Shown here piece by piece: positions 10,588-20,061 of a DNA stretch of 64,000 bases. The position numbers were made by a program, and so were the translations under genes. This DNA comes from Paracoccaceae bacterium (lineage in GTDB: Bacteria; Pseudomonadota; Alphaproteobacteria; Rhodobacterales; Rhodobacteraceae), in assembly GCA_965208685.1 (NCBI GenBank), contig CBDBPL010000005.1, positions 14,995-78,994 of the forward strand, given 5' to 3'. The first letter of the stretch is position 1. Each line of letters begins with the position of its first letter. The notes under the pieces were generated by a model. That model was not told the DNA's origin, did not search any database, and worked only from the letters and a program-made list of their open reading frames with translations.

Positions 10588-11430
10588 CTACAGGGAATTC
10601 CGGTTCTTCTGCACAACGCGGGCGCACACGTCCTCCATGACTCCGATGAAGGACCGGTCCAGGTGCCAGAACGCCGGGAGATCTCCTCCTTTCTTGGCCA
10701 GAACGGCAGGCGTCGGCGGGGATCCGCTCAACGCGTCAACCGATGGAAGCGGCTGTTCACCTCGCCAATAGGACTTGACGTCAATGCCTGCTGCGGGCGT
10801 TTCACTCGGTTGGGTGTAGCGGTGCGCGGGAAGGTTGAGGCACCCTTCCTCTTCGGTCTGCTCGTCGATGAGCGCCTGCCCCAAGGGCGAACTTGCGAGC
10901 TTTTCGCGAAGCATGGAGTACTCGAGACCGCGCAACTCGAAGAGCAGCATCGGGTCGCGATCAAGCAACGAGGCGATCTTGTAGTAGACGCCTGCCACGT
11001 GCTTGCAGGGCGAAGCCCAGTCGGGGCACGAGCACTTGCTGATGAGGTCGTCCCGTGACCTTGGCAGCAGGGACTTGCCGGAATCCGAAAATGCATTCTC
11101 GATCGCCGTCGGCATTTCGTTCATGAGCAATTGGGACAGGCAGGCGGCGTTGCCGGAGATCATCTCCGAGATCCCGTGCCATTCGGCCGAGGTGAACTGT
11201 CGCAACTTCACTGTCACCTTGTATCGAGGCTCCTCGTAGATACCGAAATAATGATTGATGTTGCCACGCAAGGTGGCCCTGGCCACACCCTTGCTGATGG
11301 AGAATTTCAGGAGCCGGCTCGGGCCGGAATAGGCCCGACCCCGCTTGAGTCGACCCTCGTCCATGCTCATTGCCAGGACGCCAAGAAAGATCTCGCCCCA
11401 CCAGGTCCGGGTCATCCTGGCCATGATCAA
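10588..11430 (-). CDS. SWIM zinc-finger protein, partner of the upstream SNF2 helicase
   Basis: SWIM signature CSCPDWASPCKHVAGVYY (CxC..CxH). Its start overlaps the SNF2 stop by 4 nt, suggesting translational coupling. Confidence 0.85.
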   Translation of the reverse strand: MIMARMTRTWWGEIFLGVLAMSMDEGRLKRGRAYSGPSRLLKFSISKGVARATLRGNINHYFGIYEEPRYKVTVKLRQFTSAEWHGISEMISGNAACLSQLLMNEMPTAIENAFSDSGKSLLPRSRDDLISKCSCPDWASPCKHVAGVYYKIASLLDRDPMLLFELRGLEYSMLREKLASSPLGQALIDEQTEEEGCLNLPAHRYTQPSETPAAGIDVKSYWRGEQPLPSVDALSGSPPTPAVLAKKGGDLPAFWHLDRSFIGVMEDVCARVVQKNRNSL

Positions 11431-14400
11431 GCCTCCACAATGCTTTGGCGATTCAGGGAGATCAACTGCCGAAATGCGTCGTTATCCATCTCCGTCAGCC
11501 AGTTCTCGTCGGCGCCGACGATGTTCTCGGCAAGGGCCTTCTTCGCTTCGATCATTTCGTCGATGCGCTCTTCCAGCGTCCCCAGCGTGACCATCTTGTG
11601 TGCGAACACCGTCTTCTGCTGGCCGATCCTGTAGGCGCGGTCCGTGGCTTGGTCCTCGACCGCCGGGTTCCACCAACGGTCGAAGTGGAAGACATGACTT
11701 GCCTGAGTCAGCGTGATTCCGACTCCCCCCGCCCGCAGCGACAGAACAAAGATCCCGGCGGGCGAATCCGGATCCTGGAAGCTCTCGATCATCTTCTCCC
11801 GGCGTCGTCTGGTGGTGCCGCCATGCAGGTAATGCACAGGGCATGAATGTCGTTCCCGGAACAGGGCTTCCAGCCGCTCGCCGATTTCGGTGAACTGAGT
11901 GAACACAAGAAGGCTGGCGGATTCCACCAGGGCTTCCTCGATCATTTCGTTCATGCGGGCCAGCTTGTGCGAACGGCTTTCGTCAAAGGCGCTTTCGTCC
12001 TGGAGAAATTGCGCAGGATGATTGCAGACCTGCTTCAGCTTCATCAGCGTCGACAGGATCAACCCGCGCCGGGCCATCCCCTCGGACTCCGCGATCCTGT
12101 CCTCAACGTCTTCGACCACGGCCTGGTACAGCGATGCCTGCTCTTTGGTAAGGTTGCAGTAGACCTTCTGTTCGACCTTGTCGGGCAGGTCGTCAATGAT
12201 CGACTTGTCGGACTTCAGGCGACGGAGAATGAACGGCTGGACCAGTTGCTGCAGTTGTCGGGCGCGGACCTGGTCGTTCTCCCGCTGGATCGGCACTTCG
12301 TAAGCGCGCCTGAACTGCGCTTCCGTGCCAAGGTAGCCGGGGTTGAGAAACCGGAACAGGGACCACATGTCCATAAGCCTGTTCTCGATCGGCGTCCCCG
12401 TCATGGCGATGCGATGGGTGCCAGCAAGCGAAGAGATCGCCTTGGCCTGCGCAGATTTCGGGTTCTTGATGTTTTGCGCCTCGTCGATGACTACGCGCCG
12501 CCATCGCACGGCATTGAGAGTTTCCTTGTCCGAGCGGGCGAGGTTGAAAGATGTCACGATCAGGTCGAGGCCCGAAACCGACCTGGCGAAGTCTGCGCGG
12601 TCGCGAACCCTGTCCGGGCCATGGTGAATGTGACATTTCAGCTTGGGCGCGAACTTCTCCGCTTCCCTCTTCCAGTTGCTGAGCACGGATGTCGGGGCAA
12701 CCAGAAGCGTGGGCTGGATCCCGGAATCCGGCGCCCTTCCATCATGTTGCCTCTCGTGAAGCAGCAATGCAATCAACTGGACGGTCTTGCCCAGGCCCAT
12801 GTCATCGGCCAGGCACGGGTTCAGGCCGAGCCGTTCCTGCCGCGCCAGCCATGCAAGCCCCGCTTTCTGGTAAGCTCGCAGGTCGCCGCACATCCCGGCA
12901 GGGTTGTCCATGGGTTCAATGCTCTCCAGACTCTGCAGGCCCTTGAGGACTTCGCCCAGGACGTCATCGAAGACAAACTCCTCAGTGTCGGGGTCGGCTT
13001 CAGCCATGTCCTTGATCAACTGGCTGAATTCTACGCCAACGCCCCCTTCCCGGTTCCGCCAGAGTTCAAGCGTCTCGGACATTCGCCGATGGTCGATCTC
13101 CATCCATTCGCCGCGGAACTTCACGAGAGGCGACTTGGCTTCGAGCAGCGTCTTCCACTCGTCCTCGGTCACCGGTTCGCCGTCTATGGAGAGTTCGTAA
13201 TCGTACTGGATCAGGGAATCCAGGTTCAGCAGTCCTGAAGCGGGGCTTGCCTGCTGGGGCTGGCTGCCTGCACCGCTGGCCCTGACACGCAAACGCGCCC
13301 GTCGGCGTCCCTTCGGCGTCCACCAACTCGGCAGGACGATGCGGTAACCTGCGGATTCAAGCACTAGTGCATCGTCCTTCAGGAATTCGTATGCCGTGTC
13401 GAGGTCTATTTCGACCCCGGCCGGCGTCGCGGTTTCCATGCCCTGCCAGAGCAAGGGACAGATTCGTCCGGCCTGTCCAAGACTGACAAGCAGATTGCGT
13501 TCAAACTGCCGACCGAAGCGCTTCTGCCAGTCGCCCTTCTTGCGTTCAGACATCGGCCACCATTCCGAAAGGTCCACCGAAAGAGATGGGTCCTCGTTGC
13601 AGGACACGAAAAACCCGATGCGCCAACGATCGTCTTTGCTGCCTTCGTCCTGGCTCAAGCGAAATCCAAGCGAGAATCCCGTGCGCTGTGCCTGGCCGAG
13701 AATCTTCCTCTGCCACGCAAGCCAGCTGGCGACATCCGCTTCGTCAGGACTCGGGGGATCGATTCCCGCCGAAACCCGGCTTTCCAACGTCTGTGCCAAT
13801 GCTCCTGCGAACCAACTGTCCTTGAGCGGATTCAGGAACGACTTCGTGAAAGGGGTGCCGGAAACCAGCATGTCGACCTGCTGCTCGGAAAACTGCCGCA
13901 GCAGGTCGGTTCGGTCGAGGATCGACACTGGGGCCTTGCCGTTCGTGCGCCCGTTCCTTTCGCTCCCTACGAGCGTGCACACGGCAGGCATCGCGGCGGC
14001 AAACTCGTGCAGGTTGCGCTCATAGAGACTGTCGGCCGGAGCCCATCCGGCCACGTACTTTGGCTGCGTACGGCCCTTCCTGGGCTGGCGGCACTTCATG
14101 ACGGGCAGGAACTGGTGCTGGCGGACCATTGCGCGCAACTGCTGGGCGTACTTGATCCAGAAATTCAGGTCATGACCGATCCGGAATTCGGTTTCGGCAA
14201 AACTCGAAAGGAATTGCAGCTCGCGAAGGAAGGCAAGCGGATTGCCGAGGGCGATCCCGCTGATGTCCCAGTCGTTCCACTCGAACCTTTCGGGCAGGTA
14301 TTCGCCGGACAGCTGGGCCATCTCAAGGCTCGGCAGCGGCTTTCCGTTGGCGCTTGGCATTGTCGCACGGAACGCACCCGGTCCAGGACAGGCGGCTTCC

Positions 14401-14657
14401 ACGGCCGCCCGACCGAGTCTCAGGTCGGATGCAAGGAAACTGTCCAGACGGGTGGCATCGGAGAGATGGGAGGGGTGCTGTCCAGGCGTCGGCTTTCCCT
14501 TGCCGTGCTCCGACGTTTCAACCCAGAAGACGAATTGGCCAGGATTGTCAAACTCGTCTGCTGGCCGCGGAATCCAGGAGCCATGATAGATTTCGATATG
14601 ACGCTTCACTCGTTGCATCCCTTGAGAAGCTGCGACCCGTTCGGTGACGTGAGGCAT
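11427..14657 (-). CDS. SNF2-family DNA-dependent ATPase/helicase with long N-terminal SNF2-associated region
   Basis: Motifs DDMGLGKT (I), DEAQNIKN (II), TGTPIENRL (III) and QATDRAYRIGQ (VI). The ~600-aa N-terminal region resembles the bacterial SNF2-helicase-associated domain. Start is uncertain: ATG 14657, ATG 14618 or TTG 14675. Confidence 0.85.
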   Translation of the reverse strand: MPHVTERVAASQGMQRVKRHIEIYHGSWIPRPADEFDNPGQFVFWVETSEHGKGKPTPGQHPSHLSDATRLDSFLASDLRLGRAAVEAACPGPGAFRATMPSANGKPLPSLEMAQLSGEYLPERFEWNDWDISGIALGNPLAFLRELQFLSSFAETEFRIGHDLNFWIKYAQQLRAMVRQHQFLPVMKCRQPRKGRTQPKYVAGWAPADSLYERNLHEFAAAMPAVCTLVGSERNGRTNGKAPVSILDRTDLLRQFSEQQVDMLVSGTPFTKSFLNPLKDSWFAGALAQTLESRVSAGIDPPSPDEADVASWLAWQRKILGQAQRTGFSLGFRLSQDEGSKDDRWRIGFFVSCNEDPSLSVDLSEWWPMSERKKGDWQKRFGRQFERNLLVSLGQAGRICPLLWQGMETATPAGVEIDLDTAYEFLKDDALVLESAGYRIVLPSWWTPKGRRRARLRVRASGAGSQPQQASPASGLLNLDSLIQYDYELSIDGEPVTEDEWKTLLEAKSPLVKFRGEWMEIDHRRMSETLELWRNREGGVGVEFSQLIKDMAEADPDTEEFVFDDVLGEVLKGLQSLESIEPMDNPAGMCGDLRAYQKAGLAWLARQERLGLNPCLADDMGLGKTVQLIALLLHERQHDGRAPDSGIQPTLLVAPTSVLSNWKREAEKFAPKLKCHIHHGPDRVRDRADFARSVSGLDLIVTSFNLARSDKETLNAVRWRRVVIDEAQNIKNPKSAQAKAISSLAGTHRIAMTGTPIENRLMDMWSLFRFLNPGYLGTEAQFRRAYEVPIQRENDQVRARQLQQLVQPFILRRLKSDKSIIDDLPDKVEQKVYCNLTKEQASLYQAVVEDVEDRIAESEGMARRGLILSTLMKLKQVCNHPAQFLQDESAFDESRSHKLARMNEMIEEALVESASLLVFTQFTEIGERLEALFRERHSCPVHYLHGGTTRRRREKMIESFQDPDSPAGIFVLSLRAGGVGITLTQASHVFHFDRWWNPAVEDQATDRAYRIGQQKTVFAHKMVTLGTLEERIDEMIEAKKALAENIVGADENWLTEMDNDAFRQLISLNRQSIVEA

Positions 14658-14727
14658 GTGCAGGTCAGAATCCAATGATGATGGATTCCCTCTTTCGAGG
14701 GGATGCGCAATACCTTATTTTGGGTGC

Positions 14728-14757
14728 ATCGCAACTTTGGCCACAGAATGTTGCGAT
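14728..14757. promoter_or_regulatory. inverted repeat in the divergent intergenic region; candidate operator
   Basis: atcgcaac-N14-gttgcgat has perfect 8-bp arms. It lies in the relatively AT-rich 190-bp spacer between the SNF2 gene and ORF 14866..15288. Confidence 0.3.
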
Positions 14758-14865
14758 CAGGTCGGATGGTCTCGAAGATTCTTGTCGAACGTGCGGAACC
14801 TGACGGCCTTGTCGGCAGGCATCCGATCATACATTGCTGGATGAGGATGGGCATTGAGGCGCGCG

Positions 14866-15288
14866 ATGGTTGAAGACACCGAACTGAGGGCGGAACTTGC
14901 CAAGCTGGAGGCGCTGTTCCGGAGAGCGGGCAGCCTAGGGGTGAAGTCGGCTGCCGGTGTCGCCATCGAACGGCTTCGGGGACGCTTGACCAAGGCGGGA
15001 GAGCAGCCGGAGCCCGAGGTCGAGCTTCAGCATTCGCTACCGGACATCCGGTGCGTCGACCAGTTCTGCGCCGTGTGTCGCAAGCATGGCGTCCGGCCCT
15101 ACCGTTACAGGCGGCAACGCCGCACCACGGTCATGGTGCGCGTCCGGGAGGAGGAGTTCTATCGCGAGGCATGGCCGGAATACTGCCAGCTTCATGCCGA
15201 ACTGGCCAGCTACTTCAACGACGTGACTGACCACCTGATCTCACGTGTCATGGGGTCGGGAGGCAGCAGTACGCTCGACCTGAAATAG
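14866..15288 (+). CDS. hypothetical protein (140 aa), divergent from the SNF2 gene
   Basis: ATG at 14866 is preceded by gagg (6-nt spacer). Coiled N-terminus, then CVDQFCAVCRKHGVRPYRYRRQRR. No family recognised. Confidence 0.45.
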   Translation: MVEDTELRAELAKLEALFRRAGSLGVKSAAGVAIERLRGRLTKAGEQPEPEVELQHSLPDIRCVDQFCAVCRKHGVRPYRYRRQRRTTVMVRVREEEFYREAWPEYCQLHAELASYFNDVTDHLISRVMGSGGSSTLDLK

Positions 15289-15293
15289 ACGGT

Positions 15294-15716
15294 CTATGCG
15301 CTGTCTGAAGTGCTCTCGCAGCTGCTTTGCGCCAAGCCATGCCCTGGAAGGAGACAAAGGGGAAGAGGTCCAGCGAGGAGAATATGAAGCTTCTCAGGCC
15401 GTCCAGTTAACGAAACGTCCACCTGGCAAAGGTCAACCGGCCAACCGACCCATCTACGGGGCTCTGCCTGGCGCGCGGCAACTGCGTAGAAGGAAGACTT
15501 CATGACTTCCGGCGGCGCGAACCGTAGTCCCTTGGCGCCGATATCGGAATCTCCAAGTTCTCTCCCCGGACGGGCCGAAGCCAAGCCGATGGCTTACGGC
15601 AAGTCGGACTTGCCGCGTCCATTGCCGCCGAGAAAGAGGTTCGCCCTGACGAGATCCAGGCTTGATATCTCACGGAGCTGAACCGCGCTATCCTCATCTG
15701 TGACGGCATGGTGCAT
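15294..15716 (-). pseudogene. relic of a RecF/SMC-like P-loop ATPase N-terminus with an in-frame stop
   Basis: VQLREISSLDLVRANLFLGGNGRGKSDLP-TAA-AIGLASA... shows the Walker A GxNGxGKS followed by the usual AI..A helix, interrupted by TAA at 15594..15596. It stops after about 140 codons. Confidence 0.4.
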
Positions 15717-15836
15717 CCATCGGACGGATCGGAAGCCGATGCAAGGACTCACGTGCCGGCAGGAGCGCCATGGATGCACTCCGCCGACGGCGGACAGGAT
15801 CTGCCGAGACATTGAATGAACATGCGTCCGTGGGAC

Positions 15837-18800
15837 TCACGTTGCCCCAAACAGGTCCGCAAGGTCGTCTTCAGTCAAGGTCAGGGCGCCGCCCCCGGTA
15901 CCTTCGAAGAGCGCGTCGGCCAAAGCCTGCTTTCGCGCCTGCATGGCCTTGATCGCGGTTTCGACAGTATTCTCACTGTAGAGGCGGTAGACGAAGACAG
16001 GCTTGTCCTGCCCGATCCGGTGCGCACGGTCCATCGCCTGCCGTTCAACGGCGGGGTTCCACCACGGATCGTAGAGAATGACCGTGTCGGCCGCCGTCAG
16101 GTTCAGGCCCGTTCCTCCTGCCTTCAGGCTGATGAGGAACAGCTGCGCATCGCCGGACTGGAACCTCTCGATCACGGCCGCGCGATCCCGGGTCTGGCCG
16201 TGCAGCATTGCATAGGGCCATCCGCGGTTCCGAACGTCTGTCTCGATGAGGCGCAGCATTTCAACGAACTGGGAGAAGACAAGGACCTTGCGGTTCTCGC
16301 TCACGAGCTCTTCGAGCAATTCCATAAGGCGGTCGCGCTTGGCGCTTTCACTGACTTTTGCGGCCGCATCCAGCTTGACCAGCTTCGGGTCGCAGCAGAC
16401 CTGCCGGAGCTTCAGAAGCGCGTCGAGCACCGTAATGCGCGATCCCGAGAGACCCTTTTCCGCGATTGCCGCGCGCACTCGGGCGTCCATTGCGCTGCGT
16501 ACGCTCTCATAGAGCAGGGCCTGCTTGCCACCCAGCATCACGGTTTCGTCAATGACGGTCTTGGGGGGCAGGTCCTCCACGACCTCGTCCTTGGTGCGGC
16601 GCAGAAGAAAGGGCCTGACCCGGTCGGTCAAAAGACGCTGCCGCGCGCGGTCCCCCTGCTGCTCGATCGGCCTGCGATATTCCGCACCAAACCCCTTCCG
16701 ATCGCCAAGAAACCCCGGGATGAGCCAGTCGAACAAGGCCCAAAGCTCGGTGAGGTTGTTTTCCAGCGGCGTCCCAGTGAGCGCAATGCGTTGCCGTGCC
16801 GTGATCTGCCGGATGTGCCTGGCAACCGAAGCGGCGGGGTTCTTCACCGCCTGTGCCTCGTCCAGGATCGCCAGTTCGTATTCGCGGGCAAAGAGCGCGT
16901 CATGGTCCCGGTGGATCAACGGGTATGTCGTCAAGACCAGGTCATGCGCCCCGATCTGATCGAACCGCTGGTGCCGCTTCGTTCCATGCAGGCAAAGCAC
17001 CTTCAGGTCGGGCGCGAATCGTGCCGCCTCGTTCTGCCAGTTGCTGACGAGGCTGGTGGGTATCACCAGCAGGCTCGGACGGTCGGCATTCCTTTCGACA
17101 TGACAATGGAGCAGAAGGGACAGGGCCTGCACGGTCTTTCCAAGGCCCATGTCGTCGGCCAGGATGCCTCCAAATCCGCTGTCATTGAGGGCCTTGAGCC
17201 AGCCATAGCCTTGCGCCTGATACGGGCGAAGCTCGGCCTTCAGCGAGGCAGGCTGGTCCTCCTCCGACGCGGTCGCAAGGTTGCACAGCCGTTTGCCGAG
17301 TTCCAGGATCTCGGTCCCGCCGTCCCAAGGCGCGCCACATCCGTCCAGCGCCTCGATCAGGCGCGCCGCGCGGCCGGCGTCGGCCATGTGAAACCTGGTG
17401 AGGCCCTGCGCTTCGAGAAAGGCTTCGATGAATCCGGCCAGTTCGACGCCCTGTACCGGGACCATCGTTCCGTCGGAAAGGTTCAGGTAGAACGCGAAAT
17501 CCGCGAGGAACTCGTCCAGATCAAACCCATCGACAAGGTTTCCGGCGCTGTCGAGCGGCAGCGAAGCAACGACCTGAAGTATCGTGTTTGTCAGGTCCAG
17601 CGCCGTGCCATCCACATCCAGCTTCAATGCCAATGAGAACCAGTCGTTGTCGGACTGCTCGAAGACCGTCTGGAAACTCACGTCTCCGGAATAGAGGCGC
17701 GCGGGCCAGCTCGGATTGATGTCGACTTCCCATCCCAGCTCCCGCAGTCGGGGCAGCCCCTCGGCGTTGAAGTCGAGAACTTCGTGAAGGGAGTATGTGT
17801 CCCCAGGCACGACCGGGAGAAAGATGACGTGCGCTTCGCTCATCGCCTTCGGGAGCTGACCTCCGCTCACGCGCGCATACTCGGGAGACTCGCCGTCGAA
17901 TTCCGCTGCAATGCCCTCCAGGGCGAACAGCAAGTCCCTCTCGGCCGTGCGGTCTCGTCGAATGACGTGCACCCCTTCCTTGTCGGCATACCGAATGTCG
18001 GGTCCCGCAGCGGGAACCATGGGGTCGCTGCATCCCGCGTAACGAATCTCGGCACGAATGCAGGGATAGGTCACGGTTTCATGTCCGGTTCGGGTTCTTG
18101 GGCTCCACCAAGTGTCGTTCACCCTTTGCTTCCGACTGTGCCCGAACAGCTTCAAGGTCATCGTCGGCGCAAGGTCGGCCCTTTCGTGCACCGCGACGGG
18201 CTGGGGACGAGGCACCGCGTCGCCCAGTCGCCGCGCCAGGATGTCCGCCAGGGGCGCGACTGATTCTGCCGGGACCGTCGGAGCGCGTGCGAGCGCCGCC
18301 GCAACGCCGGGCGGAAGTGACGTGCGCGCGAAACCGGTCAGGCCGGACTCTTCATCGACAAAGACCGGGTCTGGAAACGGCAGGGCAGCCAAATGCTGCC
18401 GCTCCCCGTCCCTGGCCTGCAGGCTCTGATTGCCCAGGGCGTCAAGCACCCATTCAAAGCCGACATCTCTGGGTTCCGCCCAAGTCAGGCTCGGACCGTT
18501 GATGTCACGGAATCGCGCGCGACGGGTCGCGATTACCTCCTGCAAGAGCCGCTCCAGCGTTTCCCCGCCCGGCCAGTCTTGGCGGGTCGGGTACGAAACG
18601 GTGGAGAAGTACGCCAATTGCGCCAGGATGGCGGCATCTGACTGCGTGATGCCCGCACCGCCGGCGCCGTAGAGCTGCGGATTGAATTCGCGGACGTTCT
18701 TCCCGATGCTGCCGTCCTTCTTCACGTAGGCCCTGAACGACGCAATCTCGGCCCTTGCATGATCATGACTTCGCCGAAAGACATAGAATATGGCATCGCT

Positions 18801-19238
18801 GGATGTCGTCGGCGACAATGTCGCGGCTGAGGCGCCTTTCCCTTCGTCCAGGCTTGCGAGCCATGCCGTGATTTCGCCGGGCATTTCCTGCCGACCGAAG
18901 CCAGGCAGCGCGGGCGCCAAATCTCTGGTTGCGGTGGCGAGGGCAGGATCAGGACTCCGCTGTGCAAATTCGAGAAGAACCGCAACGACGTGCTTGCAAT
19001 TGTATCCGACGTCGCAGGTGCAGATGCCATCTACCGCAGACAAGCGGCCATTCGAGTCGGCATGCAGTCGAACTCGAACCGGAAAAGGGCTTCCGCCGCT
19101 GCCTTGGACACTGCCGGTCAGGATGTCGCAGTCCAACTGAACGGCTGTTACTCTCCTGGCAGAAAAAAGTGAAACACCACTCTGAAAGTGCGCCGCCTCG
19201 TCAATTGCACGGGAAATGCATTGCTTGGTCATCAACAT
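15837..19238 (-). CDS. fused SWIM zinc-finger / SNF2-family ATPase (about 1,133 aa)
   Basis: N-terminal SWIM CTCDVGYNCKHVVAVLLEF. C-terminal SNF2 motifs DDMGLGKT, DEAQAVKN, TGTPLENNL and QAMDRAHRIGQ. ATG 19238 (MLMTKQ) follows ggag with a 7-nt spacer. Confidence 0.85.
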   Translation of the reverse strand: MLMTKQCISRAIDEAAHFQSGVSLFSARRVTAVQLDCDILTGSVQGSGGSPFPVRVRLHADSNGRLSAVDGICTCDVGYNCKHVVAVLLEFAQRSPDPALATATRDLAPALPGFGRQEMPGEITAWLASLDEGKGASAATLSPTTSSDAIFYVFRRSHDHARAEIASFRAYVKKDGSIGKNVREFNPQLYGAGGAGITQSDAAILAQLAYFSTVSYPTRQDWPGGETLERLLQEVIATRRARFRDINGPSLTWAEPRDVGFEWVLDALGNQSLQARDGERQHLAALPFPDPVFVDEESGLTGFARTSLPPGVAAALARAPTVPAESVAPLADILARRLGDAVPRPQPVAVHERADLAPTMTLKLFGHSRKQRVNDTWWSPRTRTGHETVTYPCIRAEIRYAGCSDPMVPAAGPDIRYADKEGVHVIRRDRTAERDLLFALEGIAAEFDGESPEYARVSGGQLPKAMSEAHVIFLPVVPGDTYSLHEVLDFNAEGLPRLRELGWEVDINPSWPARLYSGDVSFQTVFEQSDNDWFSLALKLDVDGTALDLTNTILQVVASLPLDSAGNLVDGFDLDEFLADFAFYLNLSDGTMVPVQGVELAGFIEAFLEAQGLTRFHMADAGRAARLIEALDGCGAPWDGGTEILELGKRLCNLATASEEDQPASLKAELRPYQAQGYGWLKALNDSGFGGILADDMGLGKTVQALSLLLHCHVERNADRPSLLVIPTSLVSNWQNEAARFAPDLKVLCLHGTKRHQRFDQIGAHDLVLTTYPLIHRDHDALFAREYELAILDEAQAVKNPAASVARHIRQITARQRIALTGTPLENNLTELWALFDWLIPGFLGDRKGFGAEYRRPIEQQGDRARQRLLTDRVRPFLLRRTKDEVVEDLPPKTVIDETVMLGGKQALLYESVRSAMDARVRAAIAEKGLSGSRITVLDALLKLRQVCCDPKLVKLDAAAKVSESAKRDRLMELLEELVSENRKVLVFSQFVEMLRLIETDVRNRGWPYAMLHGQTRDRAAVIERFQSGDAQLFLISLKAGGTGLNLTAADTVILYDPWWNPAVERQAMDRAHRIGQDKPVFVYRLYSENTVETAIKAMQARKQALADALFEGTGGGALTLTEDDLADLFGAT

Positions 19239-19412
19239 GCCAAGGCTCCGCCTATCAACGTGCCGGTGCCGTGACAACCTCCGACGGCGGAGATGACGCC
19301 ACCCGCGCACCAAGGCCCGTCGGTCCGGCACCGCGTTCACACGCGTGCCGGCAACGCGCCTGGGCAGGGCCGGGGATCTGCTGCGTTCACAAAGGCAAAC
19401 GGCTTCCCGGAT

Positions 19413-19657
19413 CTCTCACTGCCACTTGATTTATTCCGCAACGAGCGCAACATCGTCGCCCGAAAACGGCCCAAGTTGCCGTGAAACGTGCATGGCATGA
19501 AGCCGAACACGCAAACGTCCATCAACGCGATGTTCCGACTTGGATTTCGTCCTTTCCCCGCGTCGCGCCGCTCATACCCGAATCATCGAAACAAAGCAAG
19601 AACATTTTTGATCCGCGCCCGAGAAATGTTGCGTTTGTTGCTTGATCGTGAGGCAGT
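19413..19657 (+). repeat. R3: third copy of the ~250-bp repeat, about 175 bp upstream of the fused SNF2 gene start
   Basis: ctctcactgccacttgatttattccgcaacgagcgcaacatcgtcgcccgaaaacggccc...cttgatcgtgaggcagt. Same orientation as R1 and R2. Confidence 0.85.
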
Positions 19658-19827
19658 CCGAAGCGCGACATTGGCCATTCCTGAACGGAGGCGCAGCCCG
19701 AGCGGAGGAAGTGGCCTGGCGATGGGGATCCCCGGCCTTCGGCCACCGACATCCTGCTCCGGAACAGGCTGAAATCCCATCGCGACGAAGAATAGCCGCG
19801 CCCTCCGTACGGTCCGGTGCGGTTTCG

Positions 19828-20045
19828 TCAAGGAGGCCGTGCCATTCGGAACGCCTCGGCCGGGTTCAGGCAGCCGAGCGCGTTCCTCGGGCGCGCGTCC
19901 ATCCGGTCCCGGACCGCCTTCGCCTGCGTGTCGGTCACCGGCCCGAAGAGTGCGTTTCCTTCGGGAAACACTCCTGCGCGAGGCCGGTCACGCGCTCGTT
20001 CGGAACGCTCGCAGGGCGCGATTCGGCAACGAACGACCGACGCGC
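19828..20045 (-). pseudogene. IS30-family transposase C-terminal relic (frameshifted)
   Basis: FVAESRPASVPNERVTGLAQECFPKET, then in another frame FGPVTDTQAKAVRDRMDARPRNALGCLNPAEAFRMA-stop. Compare the IS30 pattern [25 protein letters not shown]...LNxRPRKxLGxxTPAEVF. Confidence 0.5.
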
Positions 20046-20061
20046 GATGCGCACATGTTTC

